64,000 nucleotides of DNA from Balanoglossus misakiensis (lineage: Eukaryota > Animalia > Hemichordata), in NCBI GenBank assembly GCA_040954595.2, contig CM082586.2, forward strand, positions 6,789,337-6,853,336, read 5' to 3'. A program made the position numbers and the translations under genes. Of this stretch, positions 1 through 13,853 are shown piece by piece; positions within the stretch are counted from its first letter, which is position 1; each line of letters begins with the position of its first letter. The notes under the pieces are model-generated. The model searched no databases. It saw only the letters and a program-made list of their open reading frames with translations, and had not been told where the DNA came from.

Positions 1-3000
1 CAAATTTGTGATTTTTTGATAAAAACCATGGGTTATAGCTCACGCAAATCGCGAAAAATCGACCATTTCGACTTTGGATTTTCAAAACTTTGGTGATTTT
101 TTTGATAAAAACCATGTTAGAGCTCAAGAAAATCGCAAAAATCTACCATTTTTCGAACTTTGGGATTTCAAATTGGTGATTTTTGAGTAAAAACCATGGT
201 TATAGCTCCTGAAAACGCGAAGATTCGACCATTTTTCGACTTTGGAATTTTTCAAAATTTGGTGATTTTTTGATAAAAACCATGGGTTATAGCTCGAAAT
301 CGCGAAAAATCGACCATTTTTCGACTTTGGGAATTTTCAAAATTTGGTGATTTTTTGATAAAAACCAAGGGTTATAGCTCACGAAAATCGCGAAAAATCG
401 ACCCATTTTCGACTTTGGGAATTTTCAAAATTTGGTGATTTTTTGATAAAAACCATGGGTTATAGCTCACGAAAATCGCGAAAAATCGACCATTTTTCGA
501 CTTGGGAATTTTCAAAATTTGGTGATTTTTTGATAAAAACCATGGTTATAGCTCACGAAATCGCGAAAAATCGACCATTTTTCGACTTTGGAATTTTCAA
601 AATTTGGTGATTTTTGATAAAACCATGGGTTATAGCTCACGAAAATCGCGAAAAATCGACCATTTTTCGACTTTGGGAATTTTCAAAATTTGGTGATTTT
701 TTGATAAAAACCATGGGTTATAGCTCACGAAAATCGCGAAAAATCGACCATTTTTCGACTTTGGGAATTTTCAAAATTTTGGTGATTTTTTGATAAAAAC
801 CATGGGTTATAGCTCACGAAAATCGCGAAAAATCGACCCATTTTTCGACTTTGGGAATTTTCCAAAATTTGGTGATTTTTTGATAAAAACCATGGGTTAT
901 AGCTCACGAAAATCGCGAAAAATCGACCATTTTTCGACTTTGGGAATTTTCAAAATTTGGTGATTTTTTGATAAAAACCATGGGTTATAGCTCACGAAAA
1001 TCGCGAAAAATCGACCATTTTTCGACTTTGGGAATTTTCAAAATTTTGGTGATTTTTTGATAAAAACCATGGGTTATAGCTCACGAAAATCGCGAAAAAT
1101 CGACCATTTTTCGACTTTGGGAATTTTCAAAATTTGGTGATTTTTTGATAAAAACCATGGGTTATAGCTCACGAAATCGCGAAAAATCGACCATTTTTCG
1201 ACTTTGGGAATTTTCAAAAATTTGGGTGATTTTTTGATAAAAACCATGGGTTATAGCTCACGAAAATCGCGAAAAATCGACCATTTTTCGACTTTGGGAA
1301 TTTTCAAAATTTGGTGATTTTTTGATAAAAACCATGGGTTATAGCTCACGAAAATCGCGAAAAATCGACCATTTTTCGACTTTGGGAATTTCAAAATTTG
1401 GTGATTTTTTGATAAAAACCATGGGTTATAGCTCACGAAAATCGCGAAAAATCGACCATTTTTCGACTTTGGGAATTTTCAAAATTTGGTGATTTTTTGA
1501 TAAAAACCATGGGTTATAGCTCACGAAAATCGCGAAAAATCGACCATTTTTCGACTTTGGGAATTTCAAAATTTTGTGATTTTTTGATAAAAACCATGGG
1601 TTATAGCTCACGAAAATCGCGAAAAATCGACCATTTTTCGACTTTGGGGAATTTTCAAAATTTGGTGATTTTTTGATAAAAACCATGGGTTATAGCTCAC
1701 GAAAATCGCGAAAAATCGACCATTTTTCGACTTTGGGAATTTTCAAAATTTGGTGATTTTTTGATAAAAACCATGGGTTATAGCTCACGAAAATCGCGAA
1801 AAATCGACCATTTTTCGACTTTGGGAATTTTCAAAATTTGGTGATTTTTTGATAAAAACCATGGGTTATAGCTCACGAAAATCGCGAAAAATCGACCATT
1901 TTTCGACTTTGGGAATTTCAAAATTTGGTGATTTTTTGATAAAAACCATGGGTTATAGCTCACGAAAATCGCGAAAAATCGACCATTTTTCGACTTTGGG
2001 AATTTTCAAAATTTGGTGATTTTTTGATAAAAACCATGGGTTATAGCTCACGAAAATCGCGAAAATCGACCATTTTTCGACTTTGGGAATTTCAAAATTG
2101 GTGATTTTTTGATAAAAACCATGGGTTATAGCTCACGAAAATCGCGAAAAATCGACCATTTTTCGACTTTGGGAATTTTCAAAATTTGGTGATTTTTTGA
2201 TAAAAACCATGGGTTATAGCTCACGAAAATCGCGAAAAATCGACCATTTTTCGACTTTGGGAATTTTCAAAATTTGGTGATTTTTGATAAAAACCATGGG
2301 TTATAGCTCACGAAAATCGCGAAAAATCGACCATTTTCGACTTTGGGAATTTTCAAAATTTGGTGATGTTTTGATAAAAACCATGGGTTATAGCTCACGA
2401 AATCGCGAAAAATCGACCATTTTTCGACTTTGGGAATTTTCAAAATTTGGTGATTTTTGATAAAAACCATGGGTTATAGCTCACGAAAATCGCGAAAAAT
2501 CGACCATTTTTCGACTTTGGGAATTTTCAAAATTTGGTGATTTTTTGATAAAAACCATGGGTTATAGCTCACGAAAATCGCGAAAAATCGACCATTTTTC
2601 GACTTTGGGAATTTTCAAAATTTGGTGATTTTTGATAAAAACCATGGGTTATAGCTCACGAAAATCGCGAAAAATCGACCATTTTTCGACTTTGGGAATT
2701 TTCAAAATTTGGTGATTTTTTGATAAAAACCATGGGTTATAGCTCACGAAATCGCGAAAAATCGACCATTTTTCGACTTTGGGAATTTTCAAAATTTGGT
2801 GATTTTTTGATAAAAACCATGGGTTATAGCTCACGAAAAATCGCGAAAAATCGACCATTTTTCGACTTTGGGAATTTTCAAAATTTGGTGATTTTTTGAT
2901 AAAAACCATGGGTTATAGCTCACGAAAATCGCGAAAAATCGACCATTTTTCGACTTTGGGAATTTTCAAAATTTGGTGATTTTTTGATAAAAACCATGGG

Positions 3001-6000
3001 TATAGCTCACGAAAATCGCGAAAAATCGACCATTTTTCGACTTTGGGAATTTTCAAAATTTGGTGATTTTTTGATAAAAACCATGGGTTATAGCTCACGA
3101 AAATCGCGAAAAATCGACCATTTTTCGACTTTGGGAATTTTCAAAATTTGGTGATTTTTTGATAAAAACCATGGGTTATAGCTCACGAAAATCGCGAAAA
3201 ATCGACCATTTTTCGACTTTGGGAATTTTCAAAATTTGGTGATTTTTTGATAAAAACCATGGGTTATAGCTCACGAAAATCGCGAAAAATCGACCATTTT
3301 TCGACTTTGGGAATTTTCAAAATTTGGTGATGTTTTGATAAAAACCATGGGTTATAGCTCACGAAAATCGCGAAAAATCGACCATTTTTCGACTTTGGGA
3401 ATTTTCAAAATTTGGTGATTTTTTGATAAAAACCATGGGTTATAGCTCACGAAAATCGCGAAAAATCGACCATTTTTCGACTTTGGGAATTTTCAAAATT
3501 TGGTGATTTTTTGATAAAAACCATGGGTTATAGCTCACGAAAATCGCGAAAAATCGACCATTTTTCGACTTTGGGAATTTTCAAAATTTGGTGATTTTTT
3601 GATAAAAACCATGGGTTATAGCTCACGAAAATCGCGAAAAATCGACCATTTTTCGACTTTGGGAATTTTCAAAATTTGGTGATTTTTTGATAAAAACCAT
3701 GGGTTATAGCTCACGAAAATCGCGAAAAATCGACCATTTTTCGACTTTGGGAATTTTCAAAATTTGGTGATTTTTTGATAAAAACCATGGGTTTATAGCT
3801 CACGAAAATCGCGAAAAATCGACCATTTTTTCGACTTTGGGAATTTTCAAAATTTGGTGATTTTTTGATAAAAACCATGGGTTATAGCTCACGAAAATCC
3901 GCGAAAAATCGACCATTTTTCGACTTTGGGAATTTTCAAAATTTGGTGATTTTTTGATAAAAACCATGGGTTATAGCTCACGAAAATCGCGAAAAATCGA
4001 CCATTTTTCGACTTTGGGAATTTTCAAAATTTGGTGATTTTTTGATAAAAACCATGGTTATAGCTCACGAAAATCGCGAAAAATCGACCATTTTTCGACT
4101 TTGGGAATTTTCAAATTTGGTGATTTTTTGATAAAAACCATGGGTTAATAGCTCACGAAAATCGCGAAAAATCGACCATTTTTTCGACTTTGGGAATTTT
4201 CAAAATTTGGTGATTTTTTGATAAAAACCATGGGTTATAGCTCACCGAAAATCGCGAAAATCGACCATTTTCGACTTTGGGAATTTTCAAAATTTGGTGA
4301 TTTTTTGATAAAAACCATGGGTTATAGCTCACGAAAATCGCGAAAAATCGACCATTTTTCGACTTTGGGAATTTTCAAAATTTGGTGATTTTTTGATAAA
4401 AACCATGGGTTATAGCTCACGAAAATCGCGAAAATCGACCATTTTTCGACTTTGGGAATTTTCAAAATTTGGTGATTTTTTGATAAAAACCATGGGTTAT
4501 AGCTCACGAAAATCGCGAAAAATCGACCATTTTTCGACTTTGGGAATTTTCAAAATTTGGTGATTTTTTGATAAAAACCATGGGTTATAGCTCACGAAAA
4601 TCGCGAAAAATCGACCATTTTTCGACTTTGGGAATTTTCAAAATTTGGTGATTTTTTGATAAAAACCATGGGTTATAGCTCACGAAAATCGCGAAAAATC
4701 GACCATTTTTCGACTTTGGGAATTTTCAAAATTTGGTGATTTTTTGATAAAAACCATGGGTTATAGCTCACGAAAATCGCGAAAAATCGACCATTTTTCG
4801 ACTTTGGGAATTTTCAAAATTTGGTGATTTTTTGATAAAAACCATGGGTTATAGCTCACGAAAATCGCGAAAATCGACCATTTTTCGACTTTGGGAATTT
4901 TCAAAATTTGGTGATTTTTTGATAAAAACCATGGGTTATAGCTCACGAAAATCGCGAAAAATCGACCATTTTTCGACTTTGGGAATTTTCAAAATTTGGT
5001 GATTTTTTTGATAAAAACCATGGGTTATAGCTCACGAAAATCGCGAAAAATCGACCATTTTTCGACTTTGGGAATTTTCAAAATTTGGTGATTTTTTGAT
5101 AAAAACCATGGGTTATAGCTCACGAAAATCGCGAAAAATCGACCATTTTTCGACTTTGGGAATTTTCAAAATTTGGTGATTTTTTGATAAAAACCATGGG
5201 TTATAGCTCACGAAAATCGCGAAAAATCGACCATTTTTCGACTTTGGGAATTTTCAAAATTTGGTGATTTTTTGATAAAAACCATGGGTTATAGCTCACG
5301 AAAATTCGCGAAAATCGACCATTTTCGACTTTGGGAATTTTCAAAATTTGGTGATTTTTTGATAAAAACCATGGGTTATAGCTCACGAAAATCGCGAAAA
5401 ATCGACCATTTTTTCGACTTTGGGAATTTTCAAAATTTGGTGATTTTTGATAAAAACCATGGGTTATAGCTCACGAAAATCGCGAAAAATCGACCATTTT
5501 TCGACTTTGGGAATTTTCAAAATTTGGTGATTTTTTGATAAAAACCATGGGTTATAGCTCACGAAAATCGCGAAAAATCGACCATTTTTCGACTTTGGGA
5601 ATTTTCAAAATTTGGTGATTTTTTGATAAAACCATGGGTTATAGCTCACGAAAATCGCGAAAAATCGACCATTTTCGACTTTGGGAATTTTCAAAAATTT
5701 GGTGATTTTTTGATAAAAACCATGGGTTATAGCTCACGAAAATCGCGAAAAATCGACCATTTTTCGACTTTGGGAATTTTCAAAATTTGGTGATTTTTTG
5801 ATAAAACCATGGGTTATAGCTCACGAAATCGCGAAAAATCGACCATTTTCGACTTTGGGAATTTTCAAAATTTGGTGATTTTTTGATAAAACCATGGGTT
5901 ATAGCTCACGAAAATCGCGAAAAATCGACCATTTTCGACTTTGGGAATTTTCAAAATTTGGTGATTTTTTGATAAAACCATGGGTTATAGCTCACGAAAA

Positions 6001-8020
6001 TCGCGAAAAATCGACCATTTTTCGACTTTGGGAATTTTCAAAATTTGGTGATTTTTTGATAAAAACCATGGGTTATAGCTCACGAAAATCGCGAAAAATC
6101 GACCATTTTTCGACTTTGGGAATTTTCAAAATTTGGTGATTTTTTGATAAAAACCATGGGTTATAGCTCACGAAAATCGCGAAAAATCGACCATTTTTCG
6201 ACTTTGGGAATTTTCAAAATTTGGTGATTTTTTGATAAAACCATGGGTTATAGCTCACGAAAATCGCGAAAAATCGACCATTTTTCGACTTTGGGGAATT
6301 TTCAAAATTTGGTGATTTTTTGATAAAAACCATGGGTTATAGCTCACGAAAATCGCGAAAAATCGACCATTTTTCGACTTTGGGAATTTTCAAAATTTGG
6401 TGATTTTTTGATAAAAACCATGGGTTATAGCTCACGAAATCGCGAAAAATCGACCATTTTTCGACTTTGGGAATTTTCAAAATTTGGTGATTTTTTGATA
6501 AAAACCATGGGTTATAGCTCACGAAAATCGCGAAAAATCGACCATTTTTCGACTTTGGGAATTTTCAAAATTTGGTGATTTTTTGATAAAAACCATGGGT
6601 TATAGCTCACGAAAATCGCGAAAATCGACCATTTTTCGACTTTGGGAATTTTCAAAATTTGGTGATTTTTTGATAAAAACCATGGGTTATAGCTCACGAA
6701 AATCGCGAAAATCGACCATTTTTCGACTTTGGGAATTTTCAAAATTTGGTGATTTTTTGATAAAAACCATGGGTTATAGCTCACGAAAATCGCGAAAAAT
6801 CGACCATTTTTCGACTTTGGGAATTTTCAAAATTGGTGATTTTTGATAAAAACCATGGGTTATAGCTCACGAAAATCGCGAAAAATCGACCATTTTTCGA
6901 CTTTGGGAATTTTCAAAATTTGGTGATTTTTTGATAAAAACCATGGGTTATAGCTCACGAAAATCGCGAAAAATCGACCATTTTTCGACTTTGGGAATTT
7001 TCAAAATTTGGTGATTTTTTGATAAAAACCATGGGGCTATAGCTCACGAAAATCGCGAAAAATCGACCATTTTCGACTTTGGGAATTTTCAAAATTGGTG
7101 ATTTTTTGATAAAAACCATGGGTTATAGCTCACGAAAATCGCGAAAAATCGACCATTTTTCGACTTGGGAATTTTCAAAATTTGGTGATTTTTTTGATAA
7201 AAACCATGGGTTATAGCTCACGGAAAATCGCGAAAAATCGACCATTTTTCGACTTTGGGAATTTTCAAAATTTGGTGATTTTTTGATAAAAACCATGGGT
7301 TATAGCTCACGAAAATCGCGAAAAATCGACCAGATTTTCGACTTTGGGAATTTTCAAAATTTGGTGATTTTTTGATAAAAACCATGGGTTATAGCTCACG
7401 AAAATCGCGAAAAATCGACCATTTTTCGACTTTGGGAATTTCAAAATTTGGTGATTTTTTGATAAAAACCATGGGTTATAGCTCACGAAAATCGCGAAAA
7501 ATCGACCATTTTTCGACTTTGGGAATTTTCAAAATTTGGTGATTTTTTGATAAAAACCATGGGTTATAGCTCACGAAAATCGCGAAAAATCGACCATTTT
7601 TCGACTTTGGGAATTTTCAAAATTTGGTGATTTTTTGATAAAAACCATGGGTTATAGCTCACGAAAATCGCGAAAAATCGACCATTTTCGACTTTGGGAA
7701 TTTTCAAAATTTGGTGATTTTTTGATAAAAACCATGGGTTATAGCTCACGAAAATCGCGAAAAATCGACCATTTTTCGACTTTGGGAATTTTCAAAATTT
7801 GGTGATTTTTTGATAAAAACCATGGGTTATAGCTCACGAAAATCGCGAAAAATCGACCATTTTTCGACTTTGGGAATTTTCAAAATTTGGTGATTTTTTG
7901 ATAAAAACCATGGGTTATAGCTCACGAAAATCGCGAAAAATCGACCATTTTTCGACTTTGGGAATTTTCAAAATTTGGTGATTTTTTGATAAAAACCATG
8001 GGTTATAGCTCACGAAAATC
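1..8020. repeat. 88-bp tandem satellite DNA array (~91 copies), consensus ccatgggttatagctcacgaaaatcgcgaaaaatcgaccatttttcgactttgggaattttcaaaatttggtgattttttgataaaaa
   Basis: Head-to-tail near-identical 88-nt units with no spacers. Variation is mostly homopolymer-length indels, worst in the first ~300 bp. Confidence 0.98.
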
Positions 8021-8250
8021 ATCCAAAAATGACAATTTTTCGACTTTGCGAATTTTTAATATGTCTTCATTTTTTGACAAAAATCACTGGGTTAATAAAG
8101 GACACATTCTTGAATTCATGAATTTAGGTGATTTTGGAATGTTTTAAAGCAAGTGTTTTATAGCTCACTCACACTCAAAAAATGAATAATGAATAACGGT
8201 GATTTTGGTATTTCAAAGTCATGTGCATTGGTTATGATAGCTTACTGGGT
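8021..8250. repeat. Degenerate satellite-related transition zone
   Basis: Decaying monomer fragments: caatttttcgactttgcgaattttt, tttttgacaaaaatcactgggtta, ggtgattttgga, tatagctcac. Confidence 0.7.
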
Positions 8251-8695
8251 ATACACTCAAAACAAAACGACAAATTGTTATACACGCCCAATTCCTTGAT
8301 CTCTCGTAAATTTTATTTTCACAAACACTGAGAACAGATGTACAAAAAGCAATTTGCAATAAAATACATATCAAAGTGTACTACAAATATGAAGTAAAGT
8401 TTTAATTTCTTGAAACAATGATTTGCCATTCTGGCGTGTAAATAGCCTGAGGTTGTTATTTTTTTAATCACAATTCTCATTGTTGATTCAATATTTTCCT
8501 ATTTACGATAATGCATGAATAAAAACGTTTTATCACGTTTATAATAAATATATATTTTTGTGGTGTTAACTTGGACACAACCGTATACGTTACAGCAGAG
8601 ATGATTTTTCATTTAAGATGACCTTTGTAGACGTCATTCTGGACACCATGGCAACGTCTCCCCCCGAACGTTGGATTTTGTCCAGGGACACAATG

Positions 8696-9120
8696 TCAAT
8701 ATTCAAGTTCTAAAGGCACTGACAGAAAGCGCTTGAATCGAAGATCGGTCACTGGTCTGTCAGCATCCTGCTGAACTTCCGGTCGGTTAAATCTCGTGTC
8801 CACTCTGCTTCCGTGGTAACTTCCGGGCGCTCCGTGAAAATGGACGTGGAATTCGTTGATGTGTACGTTGTTTTGTCTCCCCAGCACAGAGGCAAGACCT
8901 GGCACCGAGGGCGGGGTCCTGGGTTGGATGGCTTGAACCGGGTCTACTGGCACGGAGTCCATTTCTGAGATCTGCGTGCTGGGATCATGTGACCTGGTGA
9001 CGTCACCTGCTGACTGTCCAGTCAAGAGCCAGTGCAGCATCATGGCGGACACCGTCAACATGAATATGGCGCTGAGAATGAACGAACTGTTCTTATAACC
9101 AGTCACTTCTGTCAGGAAAT
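8696..9120 (-). CDS. SLC16-like transporter last coding exon (TM12 + cytoplasmic tail)
   Basis: Polypyrimidine tract + cacag|at acceptor; DFLTEVTGYKNSSFILSAIFML; TGA at 8696-8698. Confidence 0.85.
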
Positions 9121-11120
9121 CTGTGGCAAAAAAAAAAAAACAAATAAAAATTCAAAGGCATATGATATTTCTTCCCAAACTAAGGTTTGTCTCAATCGTA
9201 CAATTCTTCTTTTATATAGACAATCAACTACATGACATGTACAGACATCAGCTCTTGAAAATCTTTCTTTTTTATTGCAAATACCAACTTTTGCCTTACC
9301 TCCCAGAAACAACCCCAAGAGGGCGCCAACACCGAACAGCATGAGAGAGGTCCCCACTGGTACCTGTATTGGAATGTTTTCTGCACGGGTGACGTTGGTC
9401 AACACGAGCATGAGCGGCAGGCACATTCCGCAGGAAAGTCCAATACCGGCGGAAATCAGGTAAAATGCCACAACAGATCTTGGTAGTAAAGATAGTAATC
9501 CAGCTACAGCTGCTAAAATCGTCGAGATTAACATCATCGAGACGGCGTAGCGGCGCTCGTTCTTCGGCCGGCGGAACCACATGCATCCGATTAGGAGCAG
9601 TCCTAGAAGCATAAAGACACCGCAAATTGTCATCACTCCGTTGCAGTTCACGCGGCCAGTGTAACCGTTGCTGTCACTGCACAGCGTCGGCAGCTGCAGC
9701 ACCAGGATGTTGAACGCGGCACCGACGCAGACACAGGTCACCAGCACGACCAGTCGCTTGCCTCCACAAACGAGCCCGCGAAGACAGGCGCCGGGCGACA
9801 ATTGTTGCGGTTCGCGATACCCGTGTCCCGCGGGCCGCCGGAACAGCGCCGCGAAGACGGCCTGGTGAGCGTTCAACGCGCCGAGGAGCAGAAACACGCT
9901 GAACCGGCCGTAGGTGTGCGTCACGTGATCGATCAATACTGGAAGAGCACATATTGTCACTGCTATGCCGGAACATGCAAGGCAGAAAAGGGATCCATGT
10001 CGACTGTCAAAAAAGGCAGGGAGCAAAACCAAACTTGGCGTGAGCGTTAAACCGAAGCCGATTCCTGAAAAGAAAAAAAATATTGTGCCTGAACTGTATT
10101 ATACATCATGGAAATATATTGTCACAATCAAAACTCTATTGGCCCCCGTTTTAACACTGTTATAGAAGACAAGACAATTTTCTTTGAAAATCGAATTTAC
10201 ACCCTATAGCATCCCCCAATACAAAACATATACTTTCAGAAAAAAGTGTACATTGACAATATATAGTTTCCACTCCCCTCCTGAAATCAAAAGTCAACTT
10301 TGCGCTATTTTCTGACTTACCTGCAAGGCCACCATACGTGAAACAGGAAAATCGGACACTTTTGGAAATGGTGGACAGGCACAAACCCGCGGTGGAAAAG
10401 ACGGCTCCAATAAACAGGATTTTGCGTGCACCAACTTTTAAGGATAGCAAACCAGCAATCAGTGCTGTAAGAGTTAAGGGGACACGAAAGAAGAGGCTTA
10501 CAGACAACTGTCAGAGAATTTTTACCAAGGCCGATAATCTATGCACTGGCAGAATTGCATATGTTCAGAATGTAACGTTGACGTCCACATTGTCATATAG
10601 TCCATCTGTTCAATGGATAGTATGAAGGCAAACTTGAACCTGAACAGTATAACCGTGAACGTCATCAACCTTCTTTTCAAAGCAGCACTAGGCCTACTGG
10701 TAAATTGTGGATTTTAAATTCGAGGCATGTACAATTTTATACAGACCTATGCAGAATTCAATACTGCATGAAATACTTGACATCAAACAACTGCAAATTG
10801 TCCATCTTTGCGGAGAAGACATCGTTTCTAGTGAATCAAAAAGTTAGACCAACGTGACTCTGCATGCAGGTCACGAAGGGTCAAGGAATCGTGGAAACCA
10901 ATGAAAGAAGTCGTTACCTGACGCACCGGTGACACCAATGTTGATATAAAGGAGCAGTTTGAGATCCTGCTCTTGATTGGTGCTGTCATCTTCAAAGACA
11001 GTGTCAAGACCGGCGAGAAGAGGCCAGAGACCGTAGTTAAATCCAAAACAGCCCAGCGAGAAGAAATTTCCAATAATTATGATGAATCTTCGCCATAATG
11101 ACCCCGTCACTTTTCGTTTC
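8696..11120 (-). CDS. MFS transporter, SLC16/monocarboxylate transporter-like (divergent); exons 11120-10918, 10464-10321, 10064-9300, 9120-8696; start exon not resolved
   Basis: Four exons with canonical AG/GT sites joined by phase-1 introns. The spliced product has multiple hydrophobic helices, loop 2-3 motif LSLKVGARKILFIG, TYGGLAGIGFGL...PAFFDSRH and GDFLTEVTGYKNSSF, typical of the SLC16 family. Confidence 0.85.
9300..10064 (-). CDS. SLC16-like transporter large exon (TM4-TM11)
   Basis: tttcag|ga acceptor, gag|gtaagg donor; overlaps the 306-aa ORF. Confidence 0.88.
10321..10464 (-). CDS. SLC16-like transporter exon (ALIAGLLSLKVGARKILFIG...TYGGLAG)
   Basis: ttacag|ca acceptor, gcag|gtaagt donor, 144 nt, phase 1-1. 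Confidence 0.88.
10918..11120 (-). CDS. SLC16-like transporter exon (TM1-TM2 region: KRKVTGSLWRRFIIIIGNFFSLGCFGFNYGLWP...)
   Basis: Acceptor atttag|g, donor cag|gtaacg, hydrophobic open frame. Confidence 0.75.
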
Positions 11121-13397
11121 CTAAATACAAGGAGAGGCGAGTGAATAAAATGACATCATTCTACATAAATTAACCCATACTGCCGTTCTTTCGCTGGCAG
11201 AATTGTCTGTCGTCTCGCGTGGAGCTACATCTTGCTTACTGTACAAACATGTGGGCAGCCCTCTTCAGTATATGCAAATCAACTTCAACAAAACAAAACT
11301 GATTGGGGCGTTAAAACAATAAGACAAGATATTTCCCACATGTCTCGCATTGTTTTCAGTGTCATGTGATCCGAAAAGGCGGGGGAACGGGGCAGGCCCA
11401 GGGGCCAGACCAGCCTGGCTGTATAGTATGCGTCACCTGTGCTTAGGGAAAAACCTATGACGTAATAACGCGTTTATCAACATTCATGTAAATATGCCTG
11501 CCACACAAGGACAGTGAAAGCAGATGGCTCTCCCACACCGAGCTTATTATCACTGGCCCTATGAAAGGGTTATGGGGACAACACGCACCAAGGCGACGAT
11601 TACATTGTTTGTTTATTCATTCATCCAAAAAGAGTGATTTCGAGTTCACTGCTACTGTGTGTACTGCTATTAATAGAAGCAGCAATGAAAATGTTTCAGA
11701 GACCCGTTGTGGTATATGGTTCAGTCAGTGACGGTGGCGTTATTGTTATGTAGGCAATCACTATCACCCCTGGTTCTCGTCTCAGGTCTGTGTATATTAT
11801 TTCGCTAACGACACGGCTATTTATGACTGTAATCTGCGAATTTTGTGCTGTTGCGAGAACATTACCATACGCGGTTTCGGAACAAGGGCCCCTTTGTAAC
11901 TGTAAACACAGCATATAAAAGTTGCTTTTCTCTGTGACTGACCGACCGACCGACTGACGTTACTGTTCGCAGTTCGCTGTTGACGAATGCGGACTTTAGG
12001 CAACTGTCATATCGTTAAACGAAAACGCCACCATAATACCGTAGTCGATATAAAGTGACCTACCGTACACTTTCCCTGTCTGCAACTTGATCGTCCGCGT
12101 TCGACGGCATTTTCCCCGTGTGTTCTTTCTTAAATGCACTTCCCAGCGCAGCAACTAACGATCATGACGGACAAAGCCATCATAACATTGTACCTGTTCA
12201 TGGCTATCTATGGTCGCGTCGTCATTTCCGGTAGGAAACCCCCTTTGACATATACCTATACCAAACGCCTCACTGCACTTTCGCTGAGATGGGTGAAAGG
12301 TTATCCCATAAGTTGAAGGACAATTCAGAAATCATAAACAATTTCATTTATTGTCCATTTTAATTCCGGTAGTTTTTACAAAAAAATGGAGGTCAAAGAT
12401 CAGCCGGGTTCTCACTTACACAAAATTAACGCAACAGGCGAAAATAAATCGAGGTCACTCACAGTACAGACCAGAGTAAACATTTGATTGTGGTGGCGCT
12501 AACATGTCATGACTTGCGTTCGCTTTGTGTGTACGACTATCCTTCAGCACTACCATTGTTTTTTATTCTCGTCCATTCTCGTCCAAAAATGACCATCGAG
12601 ATTACTTTACCTTCGCGTGTATTCGTCGAAAATGGCCAACGAAATGATTATAAGCAAAAAAGGACCCAATATATTGCAAGTGTGAACAAGTTCCTGGCTA
12701 CTGGCAAAGGCGTACTTTTTGCTGTCTTGGCCGTGAAAACCACCGCTGAAACCAGAATGATTTCAGAGAAAACGCTCTACCACTAGCGCCACCAACGATA
12801 ACATCTGCTACGGTTTTGCAAGGGATACGTGAAGGAAGTGAAGGCCGTCCACTATTTGAATGCGTCGAACGCATAATGTGCGGAGCATTTGGATTGGACG
12901 TAATGTTTGTACACTGTGACACGAACATGCGCATAAGACGATCGCGTCGGCCTTAAGTCAGCAGGATACCCTGTGTTGAATTTAATAAAAAAGGTCGCGT
13001 TTATTTTTTTAATATGGTTTTATGTATCATTTTTATTCCTATGGTCACATTTTTGCACATCTGGCAAACTGTGGTCTATTCAGTGGTTCGAACTTCGCAC
13101 AGTTCCTACATACCACTTCAAAACCATTCATCAACGCTAAACTTCTTGGCGTCTTTTTTAGGTCAAGCATGTGATTGAGTGCTGCTTGGCTGATATGGGA
13201 ACAAAACATCCTCTTCACGGCTGTCAAAGACAAGAGACGAGTAGCTGCCGTAATGGGTTAACACCTGTCAGAATTACAGGCTGTAAGTGGTGGGGGGGTA
13301 ATGTATCTGCGGTCTACATATTTACTCAATGTGGTCATATTTAGTCCGATGCTGGTTCAGATCTTCTATCAGGTTTGCACCAGAAAGGGCATCGAGG

Positions 13398-13853
<456 letters not shown>

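Noticed and set aside
1-8020. CRISPR array or coding ORFs (MSYNPWFLSKNHQ...) in the 88-bp repeat
   Set aside because: Units are identical end to end with no unique spacers, there are no cas genes and the context is eukaryotic. The ORFs are frame artefacts of the repeat and its homopolymer indels.
12411-12483. Candidate first exon of the transporter (minus-strand ATG near 12483 with GT donors near 12460 and 12419)
   Set aside because: These donors give phase 0 or 1, but the exon at 11120 needs phase 2. Not supportable.
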